Part shown: one piece after another, positions 1-9,900 of the stretch
Numbering within the stretch: position 1 is the stretch's first letter
How the letters are laid out: every line of letters starts with the position of its first letter
Origin: a virus
Taxonomy: Duplodnaviria > Heunggongvirae > Uroviricota > Caudoviricetes
Virus record (IMG/VR): IMGVR_UViG_3300032516_002776
Span: 1-51,047 of that record
Length of the DNA stretch: 51,047 nucleotides
Strand: one strand, 5' to 3'
Position numbers and translations under genes: made by a program
Notes under the pieces: generated by a model
Seen by the model: only the letters and a program-made list of their open reading frames with translations
Told to the model about the DNA's origin: nothing
The model's database searches: none

Positions 1-68
1 TGATTATTATTGGATGTTTTCTTAACTTATCTACCCAAAAGATAATTGATTATATCAATAAAGTTTAA

Positions 69-76
69 TATTTATA
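69..76 (+). promoter_or_regulatory. Putative late-promoter motif TATTTATA
   Basis: Same octamer at 901, 6867, 10368, 14985, 16611, 23018, 47402, each just upstream of a gene start. Confidence 0.55.
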
Positions 77-82
77 TAGCAT

Positions 83-388
83 ATGAAGAAATTCGAATTG
101 AAACAATTGATAAGAGAATGTTTAAAAGAAGGTCAAGAAGAAGACGCCGCCGTTCAGAGAGCAGCAAATAAAAATATGTATGGCGGCCAGAGCAATATGG
201 GATTTAGTGCAGATAATAAATTGAACCCAAACATCATAAAGGTTGACAAGAGAACATTGGAGAAGATTTCTGAACTTTTAGGAGAAGCGATAAATTCTGC
301 GGGAGATAATTTGGGCAGAGATGGAGAATATATATCAGATAAATTGGTGGCTGTGGACGATTTGGTGGATAAATTGTTAGGGTTATAA
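83..388 (+). CDS. Hypothetical protein with N-terminal KxxLKQLIxE...LKE motif (candidate head-packaged protein)
   Basis: Starts MKKFELKQLIRECLKE; TATTTATA at 69-76 just upstream. Confidence 0.6.
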   Translation: MKKFELKQLIRECLKEGQEEDAAVQRAANKNMYGGQSNMGFSADNKLNPNIIKVDKRTLEKISELLGEAINSAGDNLGRDGEYISDKLVAVDDLVDKLLGL

Positions 389-394
389 ATTATT

Positions 395-868
395 ATGTCA
401 TCAGCAGGAAGATATTTTAGTGAGCGGGATTTAAAACTTATAGACAGTATAAATGCTGAGCTTATGGGTGATATTATTCAAACGATTGTTTGGGCGTATA
501 AGGTTTGTCCAACGGAAACGCAGACAAATATTTATGGTGAAACCGACCAGCAATCTGGAAAGTTTTATTTTCCTGGAATAGAAATCACTGCTATGATTGA
601 CCGTGGGGATATAACTACGGATGATGCTGATTTTGGGCCGGATCGAGACCAGACAGCGGTGTTTAAATTTCGTGAAAAAATGCTTAAATTGTGTGATTTT
701 TATCCACAAGTTGGCGATATAGTACTGTTTAATGAAAGGTATTATGAAATAGACAATGTTGTGCAAGAACAACTCTTGGGTGGACAAAGCGAAAAGAGCC
801 TTTCAATCATCTGTAATACCCATTACGCAAGATTCAGTAAAATCAATATATTAGACAGACAAAATTGA
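395..868 (+). CDS. Neck/head-closure protein (T4 gp14-like)
   Basis: Motifs 'TNIYGE...', 'FGPD', 'PQVGDIVLFNERYYEIDNV' resemble myovirus neck/head-closure proteins; lies directly before a gp15-like gene. Confidence 0.65.
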   Translation: MSSAGRYFSERDLKLIDSINAELMGDIIQTIVWAYKVCPTETQTNIYGETDQQSGKFYFPGIEITAMIDRGDITTDDADFGPDRDQTAVFKFREKMLKLCDFYPQVGDIVLFNERYYEIDNVVQEQLLGGQSEKSLSIICNTHYARFSKINILDRQN

Positions 869-911
869 TACATTTGTTATTAACTCCCCAAAAATTTTAC
901 TATTTATATTT

Positions 912-2075
912 ATGTGGAGAGGTAATACTCAAAATCCAGCACCGAATCCGATAGACCAGAAAGGTAATGTTTCTGATGTTAAAATATCAGAAAACAGAGC
1001 ATTAAATGTTCGCCGGGACTTAGATGTAGATAGAAATTTTACCGTTAATTTATTAGATATTGATGGTGCTATCTTAAACTACATAAATGATTATATAAAT
1101 ATTCATGTATTGGATAATGGCGATAGTGTAAAGGTGCCTGTTTTTTATGCGTCTCCTGAGAAGTGGAAGTCAGTTCAGAAGGATGGTGGTTTGCGTGACG
1201 GGCAAGGCAAGTTACAATTACCCGTGTTAGTATTTAAGAGAAACACCGTCGCTAAAAATCAAGAGCTATTAACTTTAAACAGACATTTAAGTTATCCTAT
1301 AATAAAAAAATATTATGAAAAAAATAAATATGATAATTTTTGTGTTTTAAATAAAAGTATGGCGCCGATTCATCAAATTTATTCGGTAACTCTTCCTGAC
1401 CATGTAACTATTACTTATCAATTTCTCGCTCAAACTGAATTTGTTGAGCAAATGAATACAATAATTCAAAAAATTAATTTTGCCGCGGAAGAATACTGGG
1501 GCGACCCAAAGCGTTTTCGCTTCCGAGTATATATAAGCGATTATAGTTTGACTACGGAAAATCAAAACGATAAGGATAGATTGATAAAATCTGAATTCAG
1601 CGCCACTGTTCAGGCATATTTGTTGGAAGATTCCTTTGAACAGAGACAGCTAACTACTAAGAAGTCTTTTACACCGAGACGAATTGTTTTTAATACCGAA
1701 ACGGTTATTAATAGTCAAATGGAGGCAATCAACAGGTCGTTGAATAATACAACATACAAAAAAGCGTATCCTTATTCCTGGGATGGTATTGCTACACAAA
1801 AAGACGGAGAGAAGTTTAGATTACCAGCTTTTCTTGCTGTGGAAGATTTTGAAGATTTAAATGGAGCACGTGCAATGAATAATGCAATAGAACAAATTAG
1901 AGCGGCATATCAAAAGGTTATTATCATCAATAATAACAGTGGAACTATTTGGCATACCCCACCGACAACTACAACTTCTCCCGGAGAAGAAGGTTGGATG
2001 GCACATGATGATAATTATATATATATATATGCATCTGGACAATGGTATCGTCAGTCGATATCAACGGGATGGTAA
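912..2075 (+). CDS. Tail terminator / sheath-stabiliser protein (T4 gp15-like) with C-terminal extension
   Basis: 'DIDGAIL...VKVPVFYASPEKW...RDGQGKLQLP' is typical of gp15-like tail completion proteins; extra C-terminal 'PTTTTSPGEEGWMAHDDNYIYIYASGQWYR' motif. Confidence 0.7.
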   Translation: MWRGNTQNPAPNPIDQKGNVSDVKISENRALNVRRDLDVDRNFTVNLLDIDGAILNYINDYINIHVLDNGDSVKVPVFYASPEKWKSVQKDGGLRDGQGKLQLPVLVFKRNTVAKNQELLTLNRHLSYPIIKKYYEKNKYDNFCVLNKSMAPIHQIYSVTLPDHVTITYQFLAQTEFVEQMNTIIQKINFAAEEYWGDPKRFRFRVYISDYSLTTENQNDKDRLIKSEFSATVQAYLLEDSFEQRQLTTKKSFTPRRIVFNTETVINSQMEAINRSLNNTTYKKAYPYSWDGIATQKDGEKFRLPAFLAVEDFEDLNGARAMNNAIEQIRAAYQKVIIINNNSGTIWHTPPTTTTSPGEEGWMAHDDNYIYIYASGQWYRQSISTGW

Positions 2076-2084
2076 ATTTTAAAA

Positions 2085-4376
2085 ATGAATAACCACGACA
2101 TATATATCCATCAATACAATGGCTCGGCTTTTGAAGAACGATCAATTTCTGGTTCAAATCTTGTTATTGGCACTGATGTTAATGGCCGATTAATAGGAAA
2201 TAAAGATGTTGGCGTTATTGTTAAGGGCGCTGGCAACAATTCGTCCATGCGTTGCACTAGTGGTAATACCGCGTCAGGAAATTATAGCACGGCTCTTGGC
2301 CGGTGTAATACTGCCGGCGAAGACTATGCAACAGTGGGCGGTGGTTATTGTAATTGTGCTTTCAGAGGAACTTCAACAGTAAGTGGTGGTTATTGTAATT
2401 CGGCAAGTGGTTACAGCGCTGTTGTTAGCGGAGGCGATTGTAATTTGGCTAGTGCCGGCGAAGCAGCAATCGGCGGTGGTTGTGCAAACACTGCTAGTGG
2501 GCCTTATACAACAATTGGCGGTGGTGCTAGTAATACTGCTAGTTCTTATGGTGCAACCGTGAGTGGTGGTTATTTTAATTCTGCTAGTGCTTATGGTGTA
2601 ACCGTGAGTGGTGGTGGCTATAATACTGCTAGTGGTTCAGGTGCAACGGTGAGTGGAGGTTGGTTTAATTCTGCTAGTTCTTATGCTGTAACCGTGAGTG
2701 GTGGTAAATGTAATACTGCTAGTTGTAAGTATGCAACAGTTGGTGGTGGTGAATGTAATACTGCTAGTGGTCTTTATGCAATCATAGGTGGCGGTTATTG
2801 TAATGCCGCCAGTTGTCAGTATGCAACCGTAAGTGGTGGCCGTGATAATATTGCTTCTGGTAATTCTGCAACGATGAGTGGTGGTTATACTAATACTGTT
2901 AGTGGTAATTATTCCGTAATAGGTGGTGGAGAATTGAATAATGCTAGTGGTTGTTATGCAACTGTGGGGGGTGGTAAATGTAATACTGCTAGTGGTCTTT
3001 ATACAATCATAGGTGGCGGTTTTTGTAATACTGTCAGTGCTTCTTATATTTCAACCGTAGCTGGCGGTCGAGGTAACATTATATGTACTGGCGGTGGTGG
3101 CAACACAATTAGTGGCGGTGCCAATAATACTGCTAGTACTATTTATACAACAATTTCAGGTGGATATTGCAATTCTGCTAGTGCTAGGTATGCAACTGTG
3201 GGCGGCGGTTGTTATAATTCTGCTGTCGGTTGTTCTTCTACAATTGGTGGGGGTATTGGTAATACTGTTAGTGGTAATTATTCAACGGTGGGTGGTGGTG
3301 CTGGCAATGCAATTTTAAATTGTTGCGATACAAATTCTAGTTATTATACTACTTTTGGAAGCAATGCTGGAACGATTGGCGGTGGTACAAGCAACACAAT
3401 TATTCATTGCATTGCTAATGTTAGTATTTGTGGTGCTATTGCTTGCGGTAACAATACTATTGGTGGTGGTTCTAATAATACTGCCGGATATACCATTAAT
3501 GGAAATTTTCAATGCTCTGGTTTTGCAACAGTTGGTGGTGGTTCTAATAATACTGCTACTCATTTAGGAACAACAATTGCTGGTGGTAAAGCCAATCTTG
3601 CTAGTTGTAAGTTTGCAACAGTGGGCGGTGGATGTAGCAATACTGCTAGTTGTAATTATTCAACGGTGAGTGGTGGTTATAATAATACTACTAGTGGCTT
3701 TTCAACAACAATCGGCGGTGGCTGTGGTAATACTGCTAGTTATAATTATGCAACAGTGGGCGGTGGATGTAGCAATACTGCTAGTGGTTATTACACAACA
3801 GTTGGTGGTGGCTGTGGTAATACTGCTAGTGGTGTTTATTCAACGATAGCTGGTGGTGACCAGAATAATAGTAGTGGTATGTATGCTACGATTGCTGGCG
3901 GTGGTGGCAATCTTGCTACTGGTTTATATGCAACAATAGGCGGAGGTTGGGGTAATACTGCTAGTAATAATTCTGCAACGGTAAGTGGTGGTTATATTAA
4001 TATTGCTAGTGGTGTTTATTCAACAGTAAGTGGTGGTCAAGTTAATACTGCTAGTTGTAAGTATGCAACAGTAAGCGGCGGCTATAAAAATATTGCTAGT
4101 GGTTCATATGCAACAATTGGTGGTGGTTGTAACAATCTTGCTGACGGAGATAGAAGTGGAATTTTGGGCGGTGCCAACAATAATATGTGTGGTGCAAGTG
4201 ATTCATTTATTGTTGGTTCGAATATACTTGCAACGGCTGTATGTACTACTTTTGTTAATAATTTGAATGTTGAGAATAATATAACCGCGGCAACATTTGT
4301 TGGTGGTAATTGTAATGTTAGTGGAAGCGGCACTGTATTACACTTCTGCCGAGGATTGTTTGTATGCGCAACATAA
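2085..4376 (+). CDS. Fibre/adhesin-like protein with about 40 Gly/Cys-rich ~15-aa repeats (YadA-head-like beta-roll)
   Basis: Tandem repeats of consensus ATVGGGxxNTASGxY visible throughout the translation; located among virion genes. Confidence 0.7.
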   Translation: MNNHDIYIHQYNGSAFEERSISGSNLVIGTDVNGRLIGNKDVGVIVKGAGNNSSMRCTSGNTASGNYSTALGRCNTAGEDYATVGGGYCNCAFRGTSTVSGGYCNSASGYSAVVSGGDCNLASAGEAAIGGGCANTASGPYTTIGGGASNTASSYGATVSGGYFNSASAYGVTVSGGGYNTASGSGATVSGGWFNSASSYAVTVSGGKCNTASCKYATVGGGECNTASGLYAIIGGGYCNAASCQYATVSGGRDNIASGNSATMSGGYTNTVSGNYSVIGGGELNNASGCYATVGGGKCNTASGLYTIIGGGFCNTVSASYISTVAGGRGNIICTGGGGNTISGGANNTASTIYTTISGGYCNSASARYATVGGGCYNSAVGCSSTIGGGIGNTVSGNYSTVGGGAGNAILNCCDTNSSYYTTFGSNAGTIGGGTSNTIIHCIANVSICGAIACGNNTIGGGSNNTAGYTINGNFQCSGFATVGGGSNNTATHLGTTIAGGKANLASCKFATVGGGCSNTASCNYSTVSGGYNNTTSGFSTTIGGGCGNTASYNYATVGGGCSNTASGYYTTVGGGCGNTASGVYSTIAGGDQNNSSGMYATIAGGGGNLATGLYATIGGGWGNTASNNSATVSGGYINIASGVYSTVSGGQVNTASCKYATVSGGYKNIASGSYATIGGGCNNLADGDRSGILGGANNNMCGASDSFIVGSNILATAVCTTFVNNLNVENNITAATFVGGNCNVSGSGTVLHFCRGLFVCAT
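2260..4200 (+). repeat. Degenerate ~45-nt coding tandem repeat array (ggtggtggttgtaatactgctagt-like)
   Basis: Recurrent 'aatactgctagt' and 'gcaacagtgggcggtgg' units in the DNA; boundaries approximate. Confidence 0.8.
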
Positions 4377-4729
4377 AGCAATTACTATTAATTATACCAG
4401 CGATATTTTTGCTCAATTCATGCGCATTAAATTCTACCTTGGTTAAAATTGGTAAAAGTGCAGATGCAATAGCTATGGTAGCGAGCAACGATATACCGCA
4501 GACACTTGCTTGTGCGAATGAAATATTATTAGAATCAAAAAAGACGGTCACAGCAACCACAGATATAATTAATCAAACAAAAGATAATCAAAAAGAATGG
4601 CACAAGATTTTAATAGATAATTGGTATGTAATTGTATTAATTATATTATTGTTATTTTTTGGTTTTTCCAAACATACATTTAAAACGGCTGGTATAGCTA
4701 TGTATCAAGGGTTGCGAATGAGAAAATAA
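4364..4729 (+). CDS. Lipoprotein with C-terminal transmembrane helix (unimolecular-spanin-like topology)
   Basis: Signal peptide with lipobox LNSC (Cys20); hydrophobic 'WYVIVLIILLLFFGF' followed by a basic tail. Confidence 0.5.
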   Translation: MRNIKQLLLIIPAIFLLNSCALNSTLVKIGKSADAIAMVASNDIPQTLACANEILLESKKTVTATTDIINQTKDNQKEWHKILIDNWYVIVLIILLLFFGFSKHTFKTAGIAMYQGLRMRK

Positions 4730-4798
4730 AATAAGTTTTTATAGTATAAAAAAACTATATAAATATGTAAAGGTTTTATTAAAAAAGTTACTAAAGTT

Positions 4799-5677
4799 AT
4801 GAAAAATCCAAAGTATGTTATTTTTGATGCGAGTGGCGGAATCGGCAAACATATTGCAGCAACAGCGGTTGTTAAAAATATAAAGTTAGCATATCCTGAT
4901 TCTAAATTGATTGTTGTTGCGGCGTGGCCTAGAGTTTTCATTGGCCATCCGGATGTTTGGCGAGTATTTGGAAATGGGGAGCTTAGGTATTTTTATGAAG
5001 ACTATATCAAAGACAAAGACTTTTTGTTTTTAAAATCTGAACCTTATCATCACACCGATTACATAAAGAAAGAAAAACATTTGGTTGAAGTTTGGACAGA
5101 GCAATGTGGTGTGCCTGTTGTTGAAACTATTCCACGATTGTATTTGAATGACCGGGAGATTCAATTTTACAATGGAAAATATGCAACTGATAAACCCTTG
5201 TTAGTTTTACAAAGCAATGGTGGAATGAATTTACCATTTCCGTATAGTTGGACGCGGGATATGCCTGTGGATTTTGTAATAAAAGTGTTAAATATATTAA
5301 AAACAAAATATCAAATCCTACATTTGAGAAGTGCTAATCAGCCACAGTTTGAAGGTACATTTAGTGTAACTAGTGATGATATTCGTGAACTTTTTGGAGT
5401 TGTAAATTTAAATTGTAAGCGACTATTAATTGATAGTTTTGGACAGCATGCTTCTGCGGCGTTGGGTAAAGAAGCAACGGTATTATGGCCAATTGATAAT
5501 ACTAAAATACTTGGATATCCATCAAACATTAATATTGTTTCAAAAACAATGACGCTTCAGTTTCAACGGCCTTACGCATATATTGAAGATTATAGATTGG
5601 AAGGTCCCTTACATGACTATCCATTTAATGACATGGAATTATTCAATCCAACAGAAATCGCGGAGGCATTATTATGA
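4799..5677 (+). CDS. Glycosyltransferase, GT9 (heptosyltransferase-like, GT-B fold)
   Basis: N-terminal 'GGIGKHIAATAVVKNIKLAYPDSKLIV' and C-terminal 'IDSFGQHASAALGKEATVLW' match the GT9 GxGD...DSGxxHxAAA pattern. Confidence 0.7.
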   Translation: MKNPKYVIFDASGGIGKHIAATAVVKNIKLAYPDSKLIVVAAWPRVFIGHPDVWRVFGNGELRYFYEDYIKDKDFLFLKSEPYHHTDYIKKEKHLVEVWTEQCGVPVVETIPRLYLNDREIQFYNGKYATDKPLLVLQSNGGMNLPFPYSWTRDMPVDFVIKVLNILKTKYQILHLRSANQPQFEGTFSVTSDDIRELFGVVNLNCKRLLIDSFGQHASAALGKEATVLWPIDNTKILGYPSNINIVSKTMTLQFQRPYAYIEDYRLEGPLHDYPFNDMELFNPTEIAEALL

Positions 5678-6513
5678 TAAATGAAAAGAATATATTTTTT
5701 AATAGTTCGATGCCTCGATCAATGTCAACATTATTTCAAAATATATTGATGCAAAATCCAGAGATTTATTCTACGCCGACAGATGGCAGTTTGGAATTGT
5801 TGTATGGTGCACGAATGAATTTTACAAGTTCTCCTGAATTTAAGGCGCAAGATCAGACATTGATGTTATTGGCCTGGCGTGGATTTTGTTATGCAGCTTT
5901 ACAGGGTTATGCAAATGGGCTGACTGCTCGGCCAAATATTTGTATTAAAAGTAGAGGAATTGGTATACATTATGATTGGTATAATGCCTTTTTCACACAA
6001 CACAATAAACCACTAAGAATATTTTGTATGGTTCGAGATTTGCGCCAAATTTTTAGTTCTATGGAAAAAATATATAGATTAAATCAAGAGAAACATCAGA
6101 ACATTCAAGATCATATTAATATGGCAGGCACTACTACCGCAAAAAGAATTGATTCGTGGATTGCTTCGCCTCCAATTGGATTAGCTTTGGAAAGACTTGA
6201 GCAAGTAATGCGTGAAGGTAAAGATAAAAATATTTTCTTTATCCGTTCAGAAGATTTAACTTCAACACCCGAAGATGCAATGAAGAAAGTTTATGATTAT
6301 TTGGAGATGCCTGTTTATAATCATAATTTTGATGAAGTCGAACAATATACTGTTGAAGATGATGATGTCTATGGCTTAACAAAATCATTACATAAGATTC
6401 GTAAAAAAGTTGAACCTGTAAAGAAGGATTATTTAGAGGTTCTTGGAAAAGAGTCAAGCGATTGGATAAATGGTCGCTTTGCTTGGTATCAAAAATACTT
6501 CAAATATACATAA
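5674..6513 (+). CDS. Sulfotransferase family protein
   Basis: PAPS-binding-like 'SSMPRSMSTLFQNIL', 'MVRDLRQIFSS', 'RSEDL..TPEDAMKKVYDYL'. Confidence 0.75.
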   Translation: MINEKNIFFNSSMPRSMSTLFQNILMQNPEIYSTPTDGSLELLYGARMNFTSSPEFKAQDQTLMLLAWRGFCYAALQGYANGLTARPNICIKSRGIGIHYDWYNAFFTQHNKPLRIFCMVRDLRQIFSSMEKIYRLNQEKHQNIQDHINMAGTTTAKRIDSWIASPPIGLALERLEQVMREGKDKNIFFIRSEDLTSTPEDAMKKVYDYLEMPVYNHNFDEVEQYTVEDDDVYGLTKSLHKIRKKVEPVKKDYLEVLGKESSDWINGRFAWYQKYFKYT

Positions 6514-6514
6514 T

Positions 6515-6820
6515 ATGGAAACTACAACTACAAATACTGCTGACGGACAAGTTATTAAGTTTAATCAAGAAGAATTGGATAAATTTAAGGTGCTTGAAAG
6601 AAAATATCAAGAAAGTATATTTCAGTTTGGTCAACTATATTTAGAACAATTAAGTATAGAAGACCAGTCAAAGAACTTAAAAATTGCACAAGAAAAGCTA
6701 ACCACTGATCATTTAGATATACAGAAAGAAGAGAGGGATTTTCTGACAACACTGGCAAATAAATATGGTGAGGGCTCATTGTCTTTGGCTGATGGCACCT
6801 TCATTCCTACTAAGAAATAA
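6515..6820 (+). CDS. Small coiled-coil hypothetical protein
   Basis: Start moved to ATG 6515 (the track's 6470 start overlaps the upstream gene); heptad-rich helix ending 'KYGEGSLSL'. Confidence 0.6.
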   Translation: METTTTNTADGQVIKFNQEELDKFKVLERKYQESIFQFGQLYLEQLSIEDQSKNLKIAQEKLTTDHLDIQKEERDFLTTLANKYGEGSLSLADGTFIPTKK

Positions 6821-6866
6821 TCGGTTTTTTATCTAAAAAAATGTGTTGTTTCAAAAAATATTGGCA

Positions 6867-6874
6867 TATTTATA
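6867..6874 (+). promoter_or_regulatory. Putative late-promoter motif TATTTATA (sheath)
   Basis: 55 nt upstream of the sheath ATG. Confidence 0.55.
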
Positions 6875-6929
6875 CTTAGATTTTAAATTATATTTTTAAA
6901 ATATAAGCAAATAAACAAAGGAATAACAT

Positions 6930-9900
6930 ATGCCAATCACAGAAGGTGGAAGATTTAGCCCAGTCGATACTATAGTAAGTCCTGGAGTGTTCACAAGAGA
7001 AAACGACTTAAGCGGTCTAGCTCAAGGCGTTGCCAATATTGGTGGAGCAGTTGTTGCGCCCTTTGCACGCGGCCCCGCTTTTACACCAACTCTTGTTACG
7101 GATGTCAATGAACTTGAATCAAAGTTCGGTCTTGCTGATGGAGTTTATTATGGTCCATATACAGCAAAACAATATCTACAAGAACAAGGCCGCGTAACAG
7201 TCTGCCGTGTTGGTGGTTTAACAGGCTATTATCAAAAAAATCCATATATGATTTATGCGTATCCTGGCACATGGACACGAGCTAATTGGCAGTTATTTAT
7301 AGATACGGGAAGCTTGAGTTCTTATATTGAAAGTAGTGTAGGTAATACAGATCCATTTGATGTGCTAACTTATACTTCCGCCTCAGGTATAACTTCTTCT
7401 TTAGCAGTAGCAGGAACTCTTTTTGCAACATTTACATCAATAACTGCTAGTAATTTGCCTGCTGGTTCTGGAAGTGCATATGCTGGCCAAACATTCGATG
7501 TAGGTACTTTTACTATAACATTGTCGGGTAGCCAATTTTATCTTACTTCTAGCATACAAGGAGATGGGGCTCAGTCACAAGAACAAAAATTACTACAAGC
7601 AATTGTTGAGAGCCAAACAAATATGAGTTTTCTAAGTGGTTCTTATACTGGAAAAATTCCTATAGTTGCTTCATCTACCTTTGGTGGAAGTGACATTTAT
7701 CTGGTTAATCCAAGTTTTGCAGTTTTTCGAGCGGCTGGTGGCTGCGGTTCTGTGTTGTATTTGGTTAGTGGTTCGGTTAGTGGTTCATTTGGTGATTACA
7801 CAGGAACATTTGCGTGGTCCGGCGGATTAAATTCAGATCCATGTGCTACTCCAACTGACAGTGGCAGTGTTCAGATTCTTGCAGTATTGGCAAATACACA
7901 ATATGTTTCTCAAGATTCTACTGATTTAAGTTTGGCAGGATTTAGTGGTTCAACCTTGACTCAAGTTCTAGCGGCAGGTTATACTGCGGCCGATGTTGTA
8001 AATGGTAAAAAATTCAATTTACTATTGAAAGATGGTATAAGTAATACGACATTTGGAACATATGAATTTTCATTAAATCGTACAGATAATGAGTATATAA
8101 CATCTGTATTCGGCAATGATGCTACGGCTGGCAATCCTGCTCTCTTTGTGAGAGGGCAAAAGATAGAAGCGGCATATTTGTATTCTATTTTCCAAGACAC
8201 CATTGATAAAGTTGTTGCTGAACCATGGAATTGGTTAATTGCTGGTGGCGTTTCTATTGTGCCTCAATCAGGCAGCACAACTCAAGCAAGAATTGGAGAT
8301 TTGTTGAACTTTACTGATGCTAATTCTTTGAATATTTCCGCTGGCGACAGTGCATTTTCTATAACAAATGCTTATACGCCTTGGATAAATTCTCAAGGAA
8401 TCGCTAACTGGGCAGGAAGCACAGGCGGCACAGCAAAGACTCGTTTCCCATTGTTTAGAGTTAATACTTTAGGTGATGGTACAGTAGAGAATAAGCGGGT
8501 TAAGATTGAAATCAGCAATGTAAAACTTGCTGGAACTGTTCCTGGTTCTGAATTTGGTTCGTTTACTTTGTCGGTGCGAGATTATAATGATACAGATAAA
8601 CGTCCTAAGACATTTGAAATATTCCAAAACTTGAATCTGGATCCAAATTCTGCAAACTTTATTGCTAGAAGAATTGGTGACAGATTTAATTATATAACCT
8701 TCGCGGGTAAAATAATTGAATTTGGTACATATGCTAATTTGAGCCGTTATATTAGAATTGAAATGACGGAAAATGTTTATCCTGATACCGCTGTTCCTTA
8801 TGGTTTTGCTGCTTACGCAACTCCTATTGACAGCAATTATGGAAAATTTATTCCAAAAATGCTATACAGTAAGGCCTCAACCTATTCTAGTCAGCCTGGA
8901 AAATATCCATCGGGATTAGTCTTTGGTGACCCTCCGGTTGGAGCAGATCAAGTATTACTTGATTTATATCCCGAAACGACAACGGGGGTTGGTGTTGATA
9001 TTGATACAAAACAATATTTCAACTCATTGCCAGCATTTGGTGCTAACATATCTGTAGGTGCTAATGTTCCATTCGATTTGGAAGATGACCTTACAGAAGG
9101 TGGTGTAACCGCTGGAAACAGTGTACCATCCATCTATGATGTTGCTAATGAGACAACATATGTTAAAATGCGTAAGTTTGTTCTTGGATTCCAAGGCGGT
9201 TTCGATGGTCAATGGCCGGGAATTCCAATCAATGTTGGTTCAGATATTATCGCAGGTAATACTCAAGGCCTTGACTGCACAGGAATTACAAGTGCGGGCA
9301 GTATTGCTTACAAACAATGCATTGCAGCTTTAGGTAATTCAGAAGAATGGGATATTAATCTTGTTGTTCTTCCTGGTATTTTCTCAAGCTTACACATTTA
9401 TGTAGCAAATCAAGTTGTTGAAATGTGTGAAGATCGTGGTGATTGCTTCTATATTATGGATAATGTTGTATTCCCAGCAAGTAATCAATCGACAGGAATG
9501 ATTGACGCAGCCGTTGCTGAAGCTGAAAAGTTTGATACAAGCTATGCTGCTACTTATTATCCTTGGGTTAGAATTCTTGATGTAAACACTAATAAAATTG
9601 TAAGTGTTCCTCCTTCGGTTGTAATGCCAGGAGTTTACGCAGCTAATGATAGAGCTTCCGCTGAATGGTTTGCTCCAGCAGGATTAAACCGTGGCGGTAT
9701 TACTCAAGCAATTCAAGTTCTTGATAGAACAACGCACGCAGACCGCGATGTTCTTTATGAGGGACGTGTTAATCCAATTGCAGCATTCCCAGGCCAAGGC
9801 ATTTGCGCGTGGGGTCAAAAGACTCTGCAAGTTAAGGCCAGCGCTTTGGATAGAGTTAATGTTCGTAGATTGCTGATTGCTTTGAAGAAGTATATTGCAA

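Noticed and set aside
2085-4376. Repeat array as CRISPR or DGR template/variable repeat
   Set aside because: Repeats are degenerate in-frame coding units with no spacers; no reverse transcriptase and no adenine-specific mismatch pattern is visible.
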